Positions 28,168-38,059 of a DNA stretch of 64,000 nucleotides are shown piece by piece (the stretch's first letter is position 1; every line of letters starts with the position of its first letter). The notes beneath the pieces were generated by a model, which was not told the DNA's origin, made no database searches, and was given only the letters and a program-made list of their open reading frames with translations. Location of the stretch: the IMG/VR virus record IMGVR_UViG_3300047313_000015, positions 1 through 64,000 of that record; one strand, written 5' to 3'. Made by a program: the position numbers and the translations under genes. Source of the DNA: a virus (Duplodnaviria; Caudoviricetes).

Positions 28168-29244
28168 TTATACGGTATCTAGGCTCTGGTAGGTGATTTG
28201 TATCTGATTGTCTACTTCGTTGTCGAGACCCGTGAAAGCAAGAGCCTGGGTAACCAGCGCAGGACCGCCAGCCTTAGGTGACTCAGCGTCGAACTTGATG
28301 TTCGGGATCAGGATATCCAGCAGTTCAGGAGCACCACCGGAAACACCGACCGTAGGACCAGTGAACTTCAGTTCAATGGCCAGGGAGGTGTCGGCAGCGA
28401 ACAGGTTGTAGTTGGTTGCGGCAGCAAGCCACTCAGCGGTGAAGGAACCGGTGATAGAACGGAAGCCGTTCTCAATCGGCTCAGCGGCGAAACCACCGCC
28501 GCCCAGGAAGTAGCGGGTGTCGTCAAAGGCCAGGGTGTGCTTGATGCTGGCGTCCTTGATGTTGGCCAGCGTGGTAGCACCGGTCAGGGAGGTGACACCG
28601 GCAGACGTGGTAGGAGTACCAGTCAGCAGGTTGGCCTCACGGAAGTGGAAGATGTCCATACCGGGGGTTACCGTATAGGTGGCCAGACCTGGAACGGAGC
28701 CGTTCAGCGGGTCAGAGTTACCCGCACCGCCAAGTTCGTTCCTGCCGTCAATGGTCAGGTCGAGAGAGGCCAGCGCTCCGGTGGCTACCGAGATCGTCCA
28801 GTCGGAAACCTTGCAGCCCACATAAGTAAACGGCATGACTGTTCCGTCTACGGCAGGGACACCCTTCTGGAACACCAGTGAGTGACCACCAAGGTTACCA
28901 GGAGCATGGACTGCCTTCTGGACGGTGGTAGTGCCGATCTGGGTCAGAGTCGCCAGTGCCTGACCATAGGAACCCAGCATAGCGAACAGTAGCTTGTTGA
29001 GCTTCCTGGTCTGGAGGTCCATGGAGATACCGCCACCAGCGTCATAGTTCGTCAGAACCCTGCGCCCTGCGCGGTCATACAGACCACCACCGTGAAGCCC
29101 CTGGCCCTGCACAGTGGTCTTCTTCAGTTCGAGAGTCTCGCTCTTGAACTCAAGCGCCTGTGCAGTAGCCAGTGAGGGAGCCACCCCGTAGGTAGTCTCG
29201 TCCATGTAGACGAGCTGGGAGGCGATACCTGAACCGATAGCCAT
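28168..29244 (-). CDS. major tail tube protein
   Basis: E.TYG start, YVGCKV.W, RSITGSF motifs of phage tube proteins. Confidence 0.85.
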   Translation of the reverse strand: MAIGSGIASQLVYMDETTYGVAPSLATAQALEFKSETLELKKTTVQGQGLHGGGLYDRAGRRVLTNYDAGGGISMDLQTRKLNKLLFAMLGSYGQALATLTQIGTTTVQKAVHAPGNLGGHSLVFQKGVPAVDGTVMPFTYVGCKVSDWTISVATGALASLDLTIDGRNELGGAGNSDPLNGSVPGLATYTVTPGMDIFHFREANLLTGTPTTSAGVTSLTGATTLANIKDASIKHTLAFDDTRYFLGGGGFAAEPIENGFRSITGSFTAEWLAAATNYNLFAADTSLAIELKFTGPTVGVSGGAPELLDILIPNIKFDAESPKAGGPALVTQALAFTGLDNEVDNQIQITYQSLDTV

Positions 29245-29246
29245 TG

Positions 29247-29570
29247 TTAGCCCTCATTCTTTTCTTCGTCGTCCTTGGCTGCTGACTTTGCCTTGCCGCT
29301 TGGCTTGCGGGCGGCGGTCTTGCCTGCACCCGTCAGAGCCCGCTCCTCGTTTTCATCAGGAGTGTCGCTTCTGGTCTTTACGACCGGACCCGGGTCGAAT
29401 TCTTCCCCGTCAGAATGCCTGAGCTGAACGCCTTCCAGCGAAGCCGGGACATGATCAGCATCGAAATCGAGCGGAACGAAGTAGAGATCACTGAACTCGG
29501 CATCGTCGGGGAAATCTCGCACATCACCCACCTGGCACATACCGAAAGCTTGAATGCAAACTACTTCCAT
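29247..29570 (-). CDS. hypothetical structural-region protein
   Basis: AGGAAG RBS, operon position. Confidence 0.6.
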   Translation of the reverse strand: MEVVCIQAFGMCQVGDVRDFPDDAEFSDLYFVPLDFDADHVPASLEGVQLRHSDGEEFDPGPVVKTRSDTPDENEERALTGAGKTAARKPSGKAKSAAKDDEEKNEG

Positions 29571-29579
29571 ATCTCTTCC

Positions 29580-30026
29580 TTATGTTAGGCTGTCAATTCG
29601 CTGCTGGCAGTTGACCTTGAATTCCACGGATCCCAGTGTCTTTCCCGTAGTGTCGGAGCTGGGAATAAAGTCGTAGTCCGTAATCTGAGCCCACCGGACA
29701 ATGTTCCCGAATGTGTAATCATTTCCCACGGCCACGCTGAGGAGCGCCCATGCTGTTTGTGCCTCAGCCATTCTGGCTTCCAGGTCATCGTCACCCTGGT
29801 AGCTGGAGACGCAGCAGTCAATGTCGAAGGTTTCCTCGCGCCTCGCCTGCGGGCTAAGCTCAGCGGGGATCTGGCTGCCCTTGAATCCGTACACCTGCAA
29901 GGTGAGGGGAGCGGAGAAAACCATTTGAGCGCCGCTCTTCCTGAGAACCACGAACGAGTCATCCGGCAGAACTGACCTGGCCAGTTGCAGGAAGTAGGAA
30001 GTGGCTGCGGCGGCTACGCTTGACAT
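29580..30026 (-). CDS. tail terminator-like protein
   Basis: size, position and REETFDI motif. Confidence 0.6.
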   Translation of the reverse strand: MSSVAAAATSYFLQLARSVLPDDSFVVLRKSGAQMVFSAPLTLQVYGFKGSQIPAELSPQARREETFDIDCCVSSYQGDDDLEARMAEAQTAWALLSVAVGNDYTFGNIVRWAQITDYDFIPSSDTTGKTLGSVEFKVNCQQRIDSLT

Positions 30027-30045
30027 CGTGCCTCATTCTTGATCG

Positions 30046-30387
30046 TTAGAATCCGAAGGTAGGCCACTGGATCCGGAGCGTGTCATTGAGTGACTGGGTG
30101 GCTGGTGGCTGCTGCCCGGCCGGTGCGATCCTGATTGAATAGGATCCTGAGATCACCGCACCACCGGTATCGGTCATGGACAGGGTGAAGGTGAACAGTC
30201 CGGGAGTGGTGGGTGTGCCAGTCAGCCTGGTGTGGTCCGCGTTGAAGGTGACACCGGTAGGAAGGGCTCCCGTGCTGACGCTGCCAGCAGTGACAACAGT
30301 GGCACCCGTATACCCGATAGCCTCCTCGTAAGGAACACCGACGAATCCAGGATTCATCTTCACGGTCGTGTATACGATGTCAGGCAT
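30046..30387 (-). CDS. Ig-like (He_PIG) virion decoration protein
   Basis: VGVPY...LPTGV...LTGTPT..G.FTF; C-terminal LRIQWP. Confidence 0.75.
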   Translation of the reverse strand: MPDIVYTTVKMNPGFVGVPYEEAIGYTGATVVTAGSVSTGALPTGVTFNADHTRLTGTPTTPGLFTFTLSMTDTGGAVISGSYSIRIAPAGQQPPATQSLNDTLRIQWPTFGF

Positions 30388-30405
30388 CGATTACTCCTAT
30401 CTGGG

Positions 30406-30753
30406 CTAGCTCAGTGGCCACTGGATTCTTACTTCGGTGGCGGCGGAATAGTTGGTATCCAAGTCGATACCCGGCGTTACCACCCGGATGGTCAGGTTAC
30501 CGGTCTGCGAGGCCCCAGCCGTATCAGTCAGGGTCACCTTGAAGGTAAACAGGCCGTCAACTGTGGGTGTACCGGTAATCCTGGTGAACGGAAGAGCCGC
30601 ATCCAGGGTCAGACCCGGAGGCAATGATCCGGAAGAAACAGAGCTGGCAGTAATCGGGGTAGCGTCACCCTGGTAAGCTAGAGCGGCCTCATACGGAACC
30701 CCTACCTGAGCATCGGGGAAGATAACGGTCTTATGTACGATGTCCGCTGGCAT
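30406..30753 (-). CDS. Ig-like (He_PIG) virion decoration protein
   Basis: VGVPY...LPPGL...ITGTPT; C-terminal VRIQWP. Confidence 0.75.
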   Translation of the reverse strand: MPADIVHKTVIFPDAQVGVPYEAALAYQGDATPITASSVSSGSLPPGLTLDAALPFTRITGTPTVDGLFTFKVTLTDTAGASQTGNLTIRVVTPGIDLDTNYSAATEVRIQWPLS

Positions 30754-30759
30754 GAAATG

Positions 30760-31086
30760 TTACTCCTCGTCGTCACCCAGGTTGATGCCTGGCCACTGAA
30801 CTCGCAGTTCATTTTCTACGGAGTAGTTCTCCGCGAAAGCGTCAGCACCATGGTCAGAACGGATCCCTGGGCGCTTCTCAAGCTTCACGGATTCCTGAGC
30901 CCTCTCGGCCCGCTCTGCGCCATCACCGGCTTTTGAATCCTTCGCCATGGCGGCAGAATCCTTGCTGGCTCCCGTGTCCTTGGCTGCGCTGGTGGCCTTG
31001 TCGTCCTTCTCTTCAGCCTTAGATCCGGCTGCTGCCTTACGGGCAGGAGTCGTTCGGGTGTCCTTGGTGTTCTCGGCATCAGCCAT
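30760..31086 (-). CDS. low-complexity protein with C-terminal LRVQWP motif
   Basis: AAGGAG RBS; K/A/D-rich, predicted disordered. Confidence 0.65.
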   Translation of the reverse strand: MADAENTKDTRTTPARKAAAGSKAEEKDDKATSAAKDTGASKDSAAMAKDSKAGDGAERAERAQESVKLEKRPGIRSDHGADAFAENYSVENELRVQWPGINLGDDEE

Positions 31087-31104
31087 TGCACAATCTCCTT
31101 GGGA

Positions 31105-31539
31105 TTAGCTGTTCTGCGATGGTCCGGTCAGCGGCCACATACGGAGAAGATAATCCGCAACGGGCAGACCAGGGCCGTGATCGACCTGATCAACTGTGGT
31201 CATGGTGCTTCGGTTGGCCTCAGTTCCGTGATAACCCTGTGCGTCTGGACCGTCCGCTGAGTTGTTAACGGCGGTGCTAACACAGGTTCCAGTGGCTGAC
31301 AGTGTGTCAGTTGCGGTAATAGTGGCCGTAAATGTACCGGCTACCAGGGTCGTTGGCCCCCGACCCGCTACAACGGCCTGGTTGTCGTTGATCCTGGTGA
31401 CCGTGAAACCGGCCGGTAGGGCACCAGACGTGACAGCCCATGTGTAAGGACCAGTTCCGCCAGTGGCCGTCAGGGTTAGCTGATAGTGAGCGTTCTTCTT
31501 CGGCGCTGGCAGTGCGGCTGGGGCGACAGAAATGGCCAT
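31105..31539 (-). CDS. Ig-like (He_PIG) virion protein
   Basis: GGTGPYTW..GALPAG; C-terminal LLRMWP. Confidence 0.75.
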   Translation of the reverse strand: MAISVAPAALPAPKKNAHYQLTLTATGGTGPYTWAVTSGALPAGFTVTRINDNQAVVAGRGPTTLVAGTFTATITATDTLSATGTCVSTAVNNSADGPDAQGYHGTEANRSTMTTVDQVDHGPGLPVADYLLRMWPLTGPSQNS

Positions 31540-31551
31540 TTGTTTTCTCCG

Positions 31552-32193
31552 TTATCCTATGAAGGGCGTAGCCCGGTACGCCTTGATCATCTCGATGATC
31601 CTCCAGGGAATCCCCTGGTTGATCGACGTATACTGTGCCCCGCCTGAACGTGGGATTTCCTGGTCAACCGCGCCGTACCCGGAAGCGCTGAGCTGAGAGC
31701 TTGCCCGCTGCTGGGAGTTCTGCCACCAGAAGGCGATCAGTTCCAGTGAGGCCAGCTTGATCAGGGAAGGGATCGGCACCCGACCGGCCGTGTAGGTGAT
31801 CCGGATGTTAGCCTGCCCCGGGTTGAACCGGGTGACCACGTTCCCTGCGGAGCGCCTGGTAAGGATACCTGTCTCGGGATCATCAATCGAGTAGGCGAAC
31901 TGTGATCCGGAGCCGAGAGAGCTTGGCTGGATACCGTCCAGCGTGAAGTTCGCGAATCCCCAGCCTTCCAGGATTCCGTCTACGCTGAGAATAGGTGTGT
32001 GGCGAAGGAAGATGGTGGGCTGACCGCCGTTGTAGACCTCATCGTAGGTACGCGGGATGATCTCCCCGCATTCCTTGCGGATCGCGTCGTCCGAGGCTTC
32101 GATGTGAAGCTGAAGGGCTGCGTCGTCCATGGTGTCCGCGATCGGATAGCGCAAATGCGCCCTAACTTCGTCAAGGCTAACGATGTTTCCCAT
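31552..32193 (-). CDS. head-tail connector (adaptor)
   Basis: VSLDEVRAHLR...DD..L; ITYTAG..P..IKLA. Confidence 0.85.
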   Translation of the reverse strand: MGNIVSLDEVRAHLRYPIADTMDDAALQLHIEASDDAIRKECGEIIPRTYDEVYNGGQPTIFLRHTPILSVDGILEGWGFANFTLDGIQPSSLGSGSQFAYSIDDPETGILTRRSAGNVVTRFNPGQANIRITYTAGRVPIPSLIKLASLELIAFWWQNSQQRASSQLSASGYGAVDQEIPRSGGAQYTSINQGIPWRIIEMIKAYRATPFIG

Positions 32194-32257
32194 AGTTGAC
32201 TTCCTTTACCTCCGGTCGGCTTCCTTGCTGGTACACTGTCCTCAGGAGGTGTGTGTC

Positions 32258-32890
32258 ATGGCCAGAAAAGCCCTGGTTATCCCGGTAGGAACCCACCAGC
32301 CGAACGGTCGTCTTGCCACCGTAGGTGAGACCAAGATCCAGACTGTCGGGGTGAACCCCGTAAAGTATCGTAGTGCTGTGGACTGCATCTGTGACTGCGG
32401 AGCCCTAACTACCATTTCCGCGTCTAAGTTTCTAGATGAAAAAACCAAGTCCTGTGGATGTCACCGACGCGACCACTTGACCCAGATCGCTGTGAGTCGT
32501 CATCTCGGACCTGAATATCGTCGCATCCCGGCTCACTACGGCCCGGCGCTGCTGACAGAACAAGGACTGATTTGTGCATGGCCCTTGTGCAACGAAGCAC
32601 TGACTCTTCCCATCAACGTTGATCACGATAGACGACACTGCGATTCAAGACTTTGCTGTGCCTACTGCCCACGCGGACTCGTACATCAACGGTGCAATAG
32701 TGAAATTACAGTGTTCGAGCGACGACGTAATCTCATCGTACTTCCTGATTCAGTTATTACGTATCTAGATTACCGACGATCTAATCCTCTATCTTCTTCT
32801 GGGCTTACCAGAGCGGACAGACTAGGAGGTTGGGCGGCCCGGCGAGGCATTCCGAGCCACCCTCCCTCGTCTGTGGGTGGCCAGGTTTAG
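32258..32890 (+). CDS. endonuclease VII-like homing endonuclease, antisense insertion
   Basis: CICDCG, KSCGC, VDHD...RGLVH..CN; AGGAGG RBS. Confidence 0.8.
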   Translation: MARKALVIPVGTHQPNGRLATVGETKIQTVGVNPVKYRSAVDCICDCGALTTISASKFLDEKTKSCGCHRRDHLTQIAVSRHLGPEYRRIPAHYGPALLTEQGLICAWPLCNEALTLPINVDHDRRHCDSRLCCAYCPRGLVHQRCNSEITVFERRRNLIVLPDSVITYLDYRRSNPLSSSGLTRADRLGGWAARRGIPSHPPSSVGGQV

Positions 32891-34239
32891 CTAGCCGGTG
32901 CTCGGTACATACTTACGGCGCGCAGGTCATTGCTACGGGAGTCCATTCGGACGAAGCCCAAAAATCCAACCTGTAGAAAATCTGCGTAACGTTCGTCCAA
33001 ACGCATAACGCCCGCCTGGTTAACCTGCCTAACAACCATGCAGGTCTGGAAGTCACCGAAATACATGCCACCGTCAGTTGAAGCGACGGTAGAAATGTCA
33101 CCGATGTTCTGGTCGATCAGCACCGGGTAACCGTAGATACGATCCTCCCCGCCTACCTGCACGTTCGGGTTCCACAGAGGGTGACCCTGAGTGTCGGTGA
33201 TTGAACGGATCTTCCACTGGGTGTTGTCGTTCATCACCCAGGTGCAACGGCCACCGGCACGGTATGCCGGATCGATCTTCGCGGTCATCGCGATAACATC
33301 ATCGAAGCCAGGCGTGCCACCAGCCAGCTTGTTAAGCGGGGTAGCAACGTGACCGATGGTGGTTACCGTACCGGCTGCGGTCGGCTGGTAAACGCCGCCC
33401 TGAGCACCGGTCTTGACGCCGTAAGCGGTAAGCGCGGTCTTAAGACCCAGAAGGGCAGAAGAACCAGTACCGGTGTGAAGCTCAGCAGCGACGAATCGCC
33501 CGATGCTCTCACCGATACGCTCACGGACGAAGGTCTCCACGTCGAACGCGGTGTCGTTGATCGCTTCGATTGAAGCCAGCGCAACGTTCGAGGTGATAGT
33601 CCAGGCATTCATCATGCCCTGACCGAACACGTAGTCCTGGAATCCGAGCTGAGTACCCTGTGCGCCAACGTAGTTACCCACGATAGCGGTCGGGTCAGTG
33701 GTCGGCCATGGCATCGGGTTACCGGTTGAGGTTTCCACGATCTTCGCCACGTTCAGAAGCCCGCCGAACTGCTTCAGCGCAACCTGTAGGTTGTGCCAGA
33801 ACCCCTGCGGAACCAGGAAGCCAGCGTTCGATGCGCCACCCACGGTGTACAGGGCGTTCACGTCGTTCGTAACACGCTGCTCAAGACCTGTCAGTGCACG
33901 GCGGTCCTCACCGGCAAGACCGGCAATACCGTGGCGCAGGTAGTTAGAGAAGGCGCGAGCGTGCGCGTCCTTGCTCTTGGCCTCGTACTCATCACGGGAC
34001 TGGCCTGCGGTGTCCGCAGCGTTCTCGCGAGCGTCGTTGAGCTTGTTGAAGTCAACGATTCGCTTCAGGTCTGAGTCCAGACCACGTAGTTCCTTCTCAC
34101 GCCGGTCATACTCGACCGACTCCTCGGCTGACAGAGAGCCCTCCTCGTTGAACTTCTCCATCAGATCGGCCATGCCACCATAGACGGTGGCGCGCTGCTC
34201 GCGAATGCCCTTCTCGCGGGCTGACATAACTCTAGCCAT
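32887..34239 (-). CDS. major capsid protein (HK97 fold, with delta domain)
   Basis: GFLVP, GTG, IYGYPV, FGDF, RMD motifs. Confidence 0.95.
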   Translation of the reverse strand: MARVMSAREKGIREQRATVYGGMADLMEKFNEEGSLSAEESVEYDRREKELRGLDSDLKRIVDFNKLNDARENAADTAGQSRDEYEAKSKDAHARAFSNYLRHGIAGLAGEDRRALTGLEQRVTNDVNALYTVGGASNAGFLVPQGFWHNLQVALKQFGGLLNVAKIVETSTGNPMPWPTTDPTAIVGNYVGAQGTQLGFQDYVFGQGMMNAWTITSNVALASIEAINDTAFDVETFVRERIGESIGRFVAAELHTGTGSSALLGLKTALTAYGVKTGAQGGVYQPTAAGTVTTIGHVATPLNKLAGGTPGFDDVIAMTAKIDPAYRAGGRCTWVMNDNTQWKIRSITDTQGHPLWNPNVQVGGEDRIYGYPVLIDQNIGDISTVASTDGGMYFGDFQTCMVVRQVNQAGVMRLDERYADFLQVGFLGFVRMDSRSNDLRAVSMYRAPAS

Positions 34240-34353
34240 AGCTAGACCCTCCTCGGGACAGTGCCTCGTTCATTTGGACTATCCCCGGAGTGCTAACGCG
34301 GCTGCCGGGTACGTAACCCTCTTGCGGGTCTCACGACTGCAAGGGCGGGCTTT

Positions 34354-34854
34354 TTACGAATTGTGAACTATATTCCAGACCGGAGCGGTAAACTCAATCA
34401 GGATTCGTTCCACTCTATCCATGTGATCTTCAGACTCACATCTGAAAAACTCCACATGATTAACTTGTTCTCGCTTTACCGGGTCTGACAAATGCTTTCC
34501 CAGTCGAGCGTAGATGTTGGTGCTTTTACCGATATACAACAAGGTGTCGCCTTCCCCAACGAGGAAGTACACGTAGCACCCGTCTACATCGGGAAGCCGG
34601 GAAGATCCGGTAAAGCGTCCTGTTCGCTTACTCAGCGCGTCAACTTCGGCAGAAGTAAGTTCGAGAGTCCGGGCTAGCACACCGGTCCACTCCTGCCTCT
34701 TCTTCCCGGCGGTCTCCCGTCCACTGAGAGCGTGGCTCACATATTTTCGGGAGTATCCGGTAGCGGTGGCGATCTGGGCGATATTGAGCCCGCTGATCTT
34801 CAGAGTCTGGATTCGTTCGGTACGCTTCTGGATCTGGTCAGCGCTGAGTGACAT
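34354..34854 (-). CDS. GIY-YIG endonuclease with N-terminal HTH
   Basis: YVYFL...LLYIGKS..RL..H...E..LI..P.WN. Confidence 0.85.
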   Translation of the reverse strand: MSLSADQIQKRTERIQTLKISGLNIAQIATATGYSRKYVSHALSGRETAGKKRQEWTGVLARTLELTSAEVDALSKRTGRFTGSSRLPDVDGCYVYFLVGEGDTLLYIGKSTNIYARLGKHLSDPVKREQVNHVEFFRCESEDHMDRVERILIEFTAPVWNIVHNS

Positions 34855-34968
34855 TTCACGGCGTCCTTCCGGTACGTGTGGTCCTAGCTACGGTGCCCCT
34901 GTGCGGCCCTGAGCGGGTGCCTGCGGGGATAAAACTGTGGGGGTGCCCTCAGACGAGGGACTTTCGGA

Positions 34969-36429
34969 TTACAGGTTCCTGTCGATGGCCTGAAGCCGTG
35001 CCTTGGCTTCCTCGAAACGAAGCTGCATGTTCTCTGGCTTCATCCACTCCGCGTCCGGCTCATCTTCCGGATCCGGTGCTTCAGCCTCGGCGCGAGTCAG
35101 CTCAGACAGATACGGCTCGGCTCGGTTGAGGATGGTGAGAGCGGCGTCCGTAGGCGGCAGGTTGACAGCGGCCTCATAGATGGCGGTCATGTCACGCACC
35201 GCATCATCACTGGCGACGGCACCGATCTGACCGGCTGGACCCCAGTATTCCGGTAGGAGATCTGCCAGGCCAAGATTGCCAGCCAGATCGATAGCGGCCA
35301 TGCGGGTCGGCGCGTCACACGCAGCCTTGATCGCCTGTGCCAGCTTGTTAGCGTCATCAGCTCGCACGTATGCGCCTGGACCGACCCCAAAACTCACGTC
35401 GTTCAGATCTCCTTCAGAGTCCTGCCCCTCGGTCATCTCACGGAAGTCGCAAAGAAGCTGCCAATCCTCAGTTTTCTTCTCGTCACCGATCTTGACACCG
35501 AACTGGGTCAGAGCGGCACGGATCTTGGACTTGATGCTGGCTAGCTGCTGTGCGGTGTACTCGGCGGCGTTGTCACCCTGATTGATGTAGCTCCAGGCTG
35601 CCTTTGCCCTCTTCTTGCTGTTCAGCGGGTAACGCTTCTTGCCGTCCTTCTGGTAGCCGGGGTCAGCGTACTTAACGTCACCATATGGCTTCTTGGCACC
35701 GTTACGGTTCTCGCAGACGTGCTCCTCAGACCGGTCTTCAATTTCAGAGCCGCATGAAGAGCAGTAGTTTCCAGCAGGCTGACTTGATGACATGGGCTCT
35801 CCGCAACTTGTGCAATATTCTCCGTACTGGCTGGTGGAACCGCATTCACCACAGGTGGCCAGGTCCCCGTATGTGGCAGCGGCAGCTCGTTCGTCCTTAA
35901 CGCCCCTGGCTGAGTTGACCTGGGCGCGAGCGGATACCGTGGTATCGCCGTAAGCGGGGAAGGTGCAGACCGAGATCTCATGGACCTTCATTTCAACGAT
36001 CTCACGATTGGTTCCGTCCAGCGCTGTAGCTGGGTTCCCATCGTCGTCGGTCCACTTGTCCTTGATTACCTCAAAACCGAAAGAACAACCACCGTAATTA
36101 CCCGCTCTAACGTTCTTAACAACGTCTCTGGCATAAGATGTGTCGGTAACTTTAGCATTCCAGTCACCGCCATTTGATCCATCTGTTAGCACTAGTGTAC
36201 CAGCCGACATTCTTGCCAGCGGCTGATGGGTCTGGTGATTGTCAAGAAGCACGATGTCACCATCGTTAATGCTCTTCTTCCCGGCCCCCGTCTTAATGAC
36301 TTCACGGAAGCCATAAGGGCCCTTCCCGATCATCGTTGGCGACCCATACGGCCACGCGCGGCCATGAAGGGAGTTGTCGTCACCAGCTTCAGGTGCGGCC
36401 CTGCGCATGTAGCGGTATTCTACGGTCAT
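34969..36429 (-). CDS. HK97-family prohead protease with long C-terminal extension
   Basis: NH, GCSFGF, EISVCTFPAY; then CxxC repeats and KRYPL...AWSYIN. Confidence 0.9.
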   Translation of the reverse strand: MTVEYRYMRRAAPEAGDDNSLHGRAWPYGSPTMIGKGPYGFREVIKTGAGKKSINDGDIVLLDNHQTHQPLARMSAGTLVLTDGSNGGDWNAKVTDTSYARDVVKNVRAGNYGGCSFGFEVIKDKWTDDDGNPATALDGTNREIVEMKVHEISVCTFPAYGDTTVSARAQVNSARGVKDERAAAATYGDLATCGECGSTSQYGEYCTSCGEPMSSSQPAGNYCSSCGSEIEDRSEEHVCENRNGAKKPYGDVKYADPGYQKDGKKRYPLNSKKRAKAAWSYINQGDNAAEYTAQQLASIKSKIRAALTQFGVKIGDEKKTEDWQLLCDFREMTEGQDSEGDLNDVSFGVGPGAYVRADDANKLAQAIKAACDAPTRMAAIDLAGNLGLADLLPEYWGPAGQIGAVASDDAVRDMTAIYEAAVNLPPTDAALTILNRAEPYLSELTRAEAEAPDPEDEPDAEWMKPENMQLRFEEAKARLQAIDRNL

Positions 36430-37775
36430 TGCTGCTTTCCTCCGATGCCGTTTCCTCCGACGCCTGCCGGTGCTTTGGGTTGCATGGGTGATGCTGGTAC
36501 TGCCTGCTTCGCGGGAAGTGCTCCTGGCTGCATATGCTCAAGATCTCCTGGTCCCATGTTCAGTGCGATGATCGGCTCATCCAGACCGTCAAGTGGCTCC
36601 ATGTTTTCCTTGGTCCTTGCTTCGTTACGGGTCAGCCACCCGGCTGAGATGCCCTGCGTGTAAGCGGCGAATCTTTCGGTCATGCTGCCCCGCAGCAGAT
36701 GGTCAAGGTCGAACTCACTGTACTGCTTGCGGATGTTGATGATCTCCCGGCTGACCCGCTGCTCAATCCTGTTCGTCCAGCCTGCTACGGTATAGCTGAC
36801 GAAACCGGTGTTCTGGGTCTCGATACCAGTACCCCAGGAGGTTGACTTCTCGACATCGCCCACAAGGTGCGGTGGGATACCGAAGATACGGGCGATCTCG
36901 TTGGTCTGCCATCTACGTGACTCAAGGAACTGCATTGCGTCAGGGTCGATGGTCAGCGGCTGGAATTCAGTTGCTGCATCCAGGACGCCAACCTCAGCGG
37001 CGTTACCTACGCCGCCCATCTTCTGAAGCCACTTGGCACGAATAGAATCGGCCTGCGTCTGGTTAGCCAGCGGGGCCTTGACCTTGATGATACCGCTCAG
37101 GATGGAACCCTTTGAGAAATACCGGGCAGCCAGCTTGTCACCGGCCATAGCGGTACCGAATGTCCTGGCCGCCCACATGATAGGGCTAAGACCCTTCAGT
37201 CCGTCATAGCCCAGACCCGGGATGTGCATAACCTCGAAGTCAGTGAAAATAATAGGGCGCATATCCGTAGGCTGCACATCTTCCGGGAAGACCCGCTTCA
37301 CCTCGAAGATCTTATTGCCTTCACGGTCACGCTTGACATCCACGCGATCCGGGTAGATCGGCTGCAAGTCCACGATCTGGTCCGTGAGCGGGTTCCTGAT
37401 CTTCCGGATGTATGCGTTGCCCCATAGGCAAAGATGGACAACTACCAGCTCCCACAGCTCATACTGAGTGTAAGCCATCTCGTTGTTGCCACGGTCAAGC
37501 AGCGCGGGGAAAACCTCAATCTTGCCAGGGTCACGGTAGGTACGGATCGGGCAACCGGCGATAACCGTCCCCAGCAGGCCCACGCAGCGGAACACGGTCG
37601 GCAGGACCATGGAGTTCTCGGGGGTGACAGCCTCACCGGAGTCGGTGGTGGTCATGCCGCCGAAGATGTTGTCAAGACCGACAGAAGTCAGCGGGAACGC
37701 TGGATTTTCAAACGGATTGAACGTGCCACCGAATCCACTGGAACGCTGCTCGGTACGTGCGTTGAACAACGTCAT
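36426..37775 (-). CDS. portal protein (HK97 family)
   Basis: GNAY, GLSPI, IARIFGIPPHLVG, NEAR..EN. Confidence 0.95.
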   Translation of the reverse strand: MTLFNARTEQRSSGFGGTFNPFENPAFPLTSVGLDNIFGGMTTTDSGEAVTPENSMVLPTVFRCVGLLGTVIAGCPIRTYRDPGKIEVFPALLDRGNNEMAYTQYELWELVVVHLCLWGNAYIRKIRNPLTDQIVDLQPIYPDRVDVKRDREGNKIFEVKRVFPEDVQPTDMRPIIFTDFEVMHIPGLGYDGLKGLSPIMWAARTFGTAMAGDKLAARYFSKGSILSGIIKVKAPLANQTQADSIRAKWLQKMGGVGNAAEVGVLDAATEFQPLTIDPDAMQFLESRRWQTNEIARIFGIPPHLVGDVEKSTSWGTGIETQNTGFVSYTVAGWTNRIEQRVSREIINIRKQYSEFDLDHLLRGSMTERFAAYTQGISAGWLTRNEARTKENMEPLDGLDEPIIALNMGPGDLEHMQPGALPAKQAVPASPMQPKAPAGVGGNGIGGKQQ

Positions 37776-37778
37776 GGA

Positions 37779-38048
37779 TTACTGCCTTTCTGCCACCACG
37801 ATGGCTCCGATACCGCCGACGACAAGAGCAACCGGCGCCGAGAACAACAGGGCAAGCCCGACAAGAGCCATAGCCGCACCGGCTGTCTGGAGAGCGGTCA
37901 TCCTGAGGCTCTTGTGGGCTACTACGAAAAGCGTGGTATTCAGGCTGGCAATTTGCAGTCTCTTCCTGATTACTACAAATCTATCACGCCAATTGTTAGG
38001 CTCCTCAGGAGGTCCCTGGGTCAGAGCCACTGGCCGTATATCAGACAT
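37779..38048 (-). CDS. membrane protein
   Basis: hydrophobic C-terminus, between TerL and portal. Confidence 0.65.
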   Translation of the reverse strand: MSDIRPVALTQGPPEEPNNWRDRFVVIRKRLQIASLNTTLFVVAHKSLRMTALQTAGAAMALVGLALLFSAPVALVVGGIGAIVVAERQ

Positions 38049-38059
38049 GCCGCCTCAAA

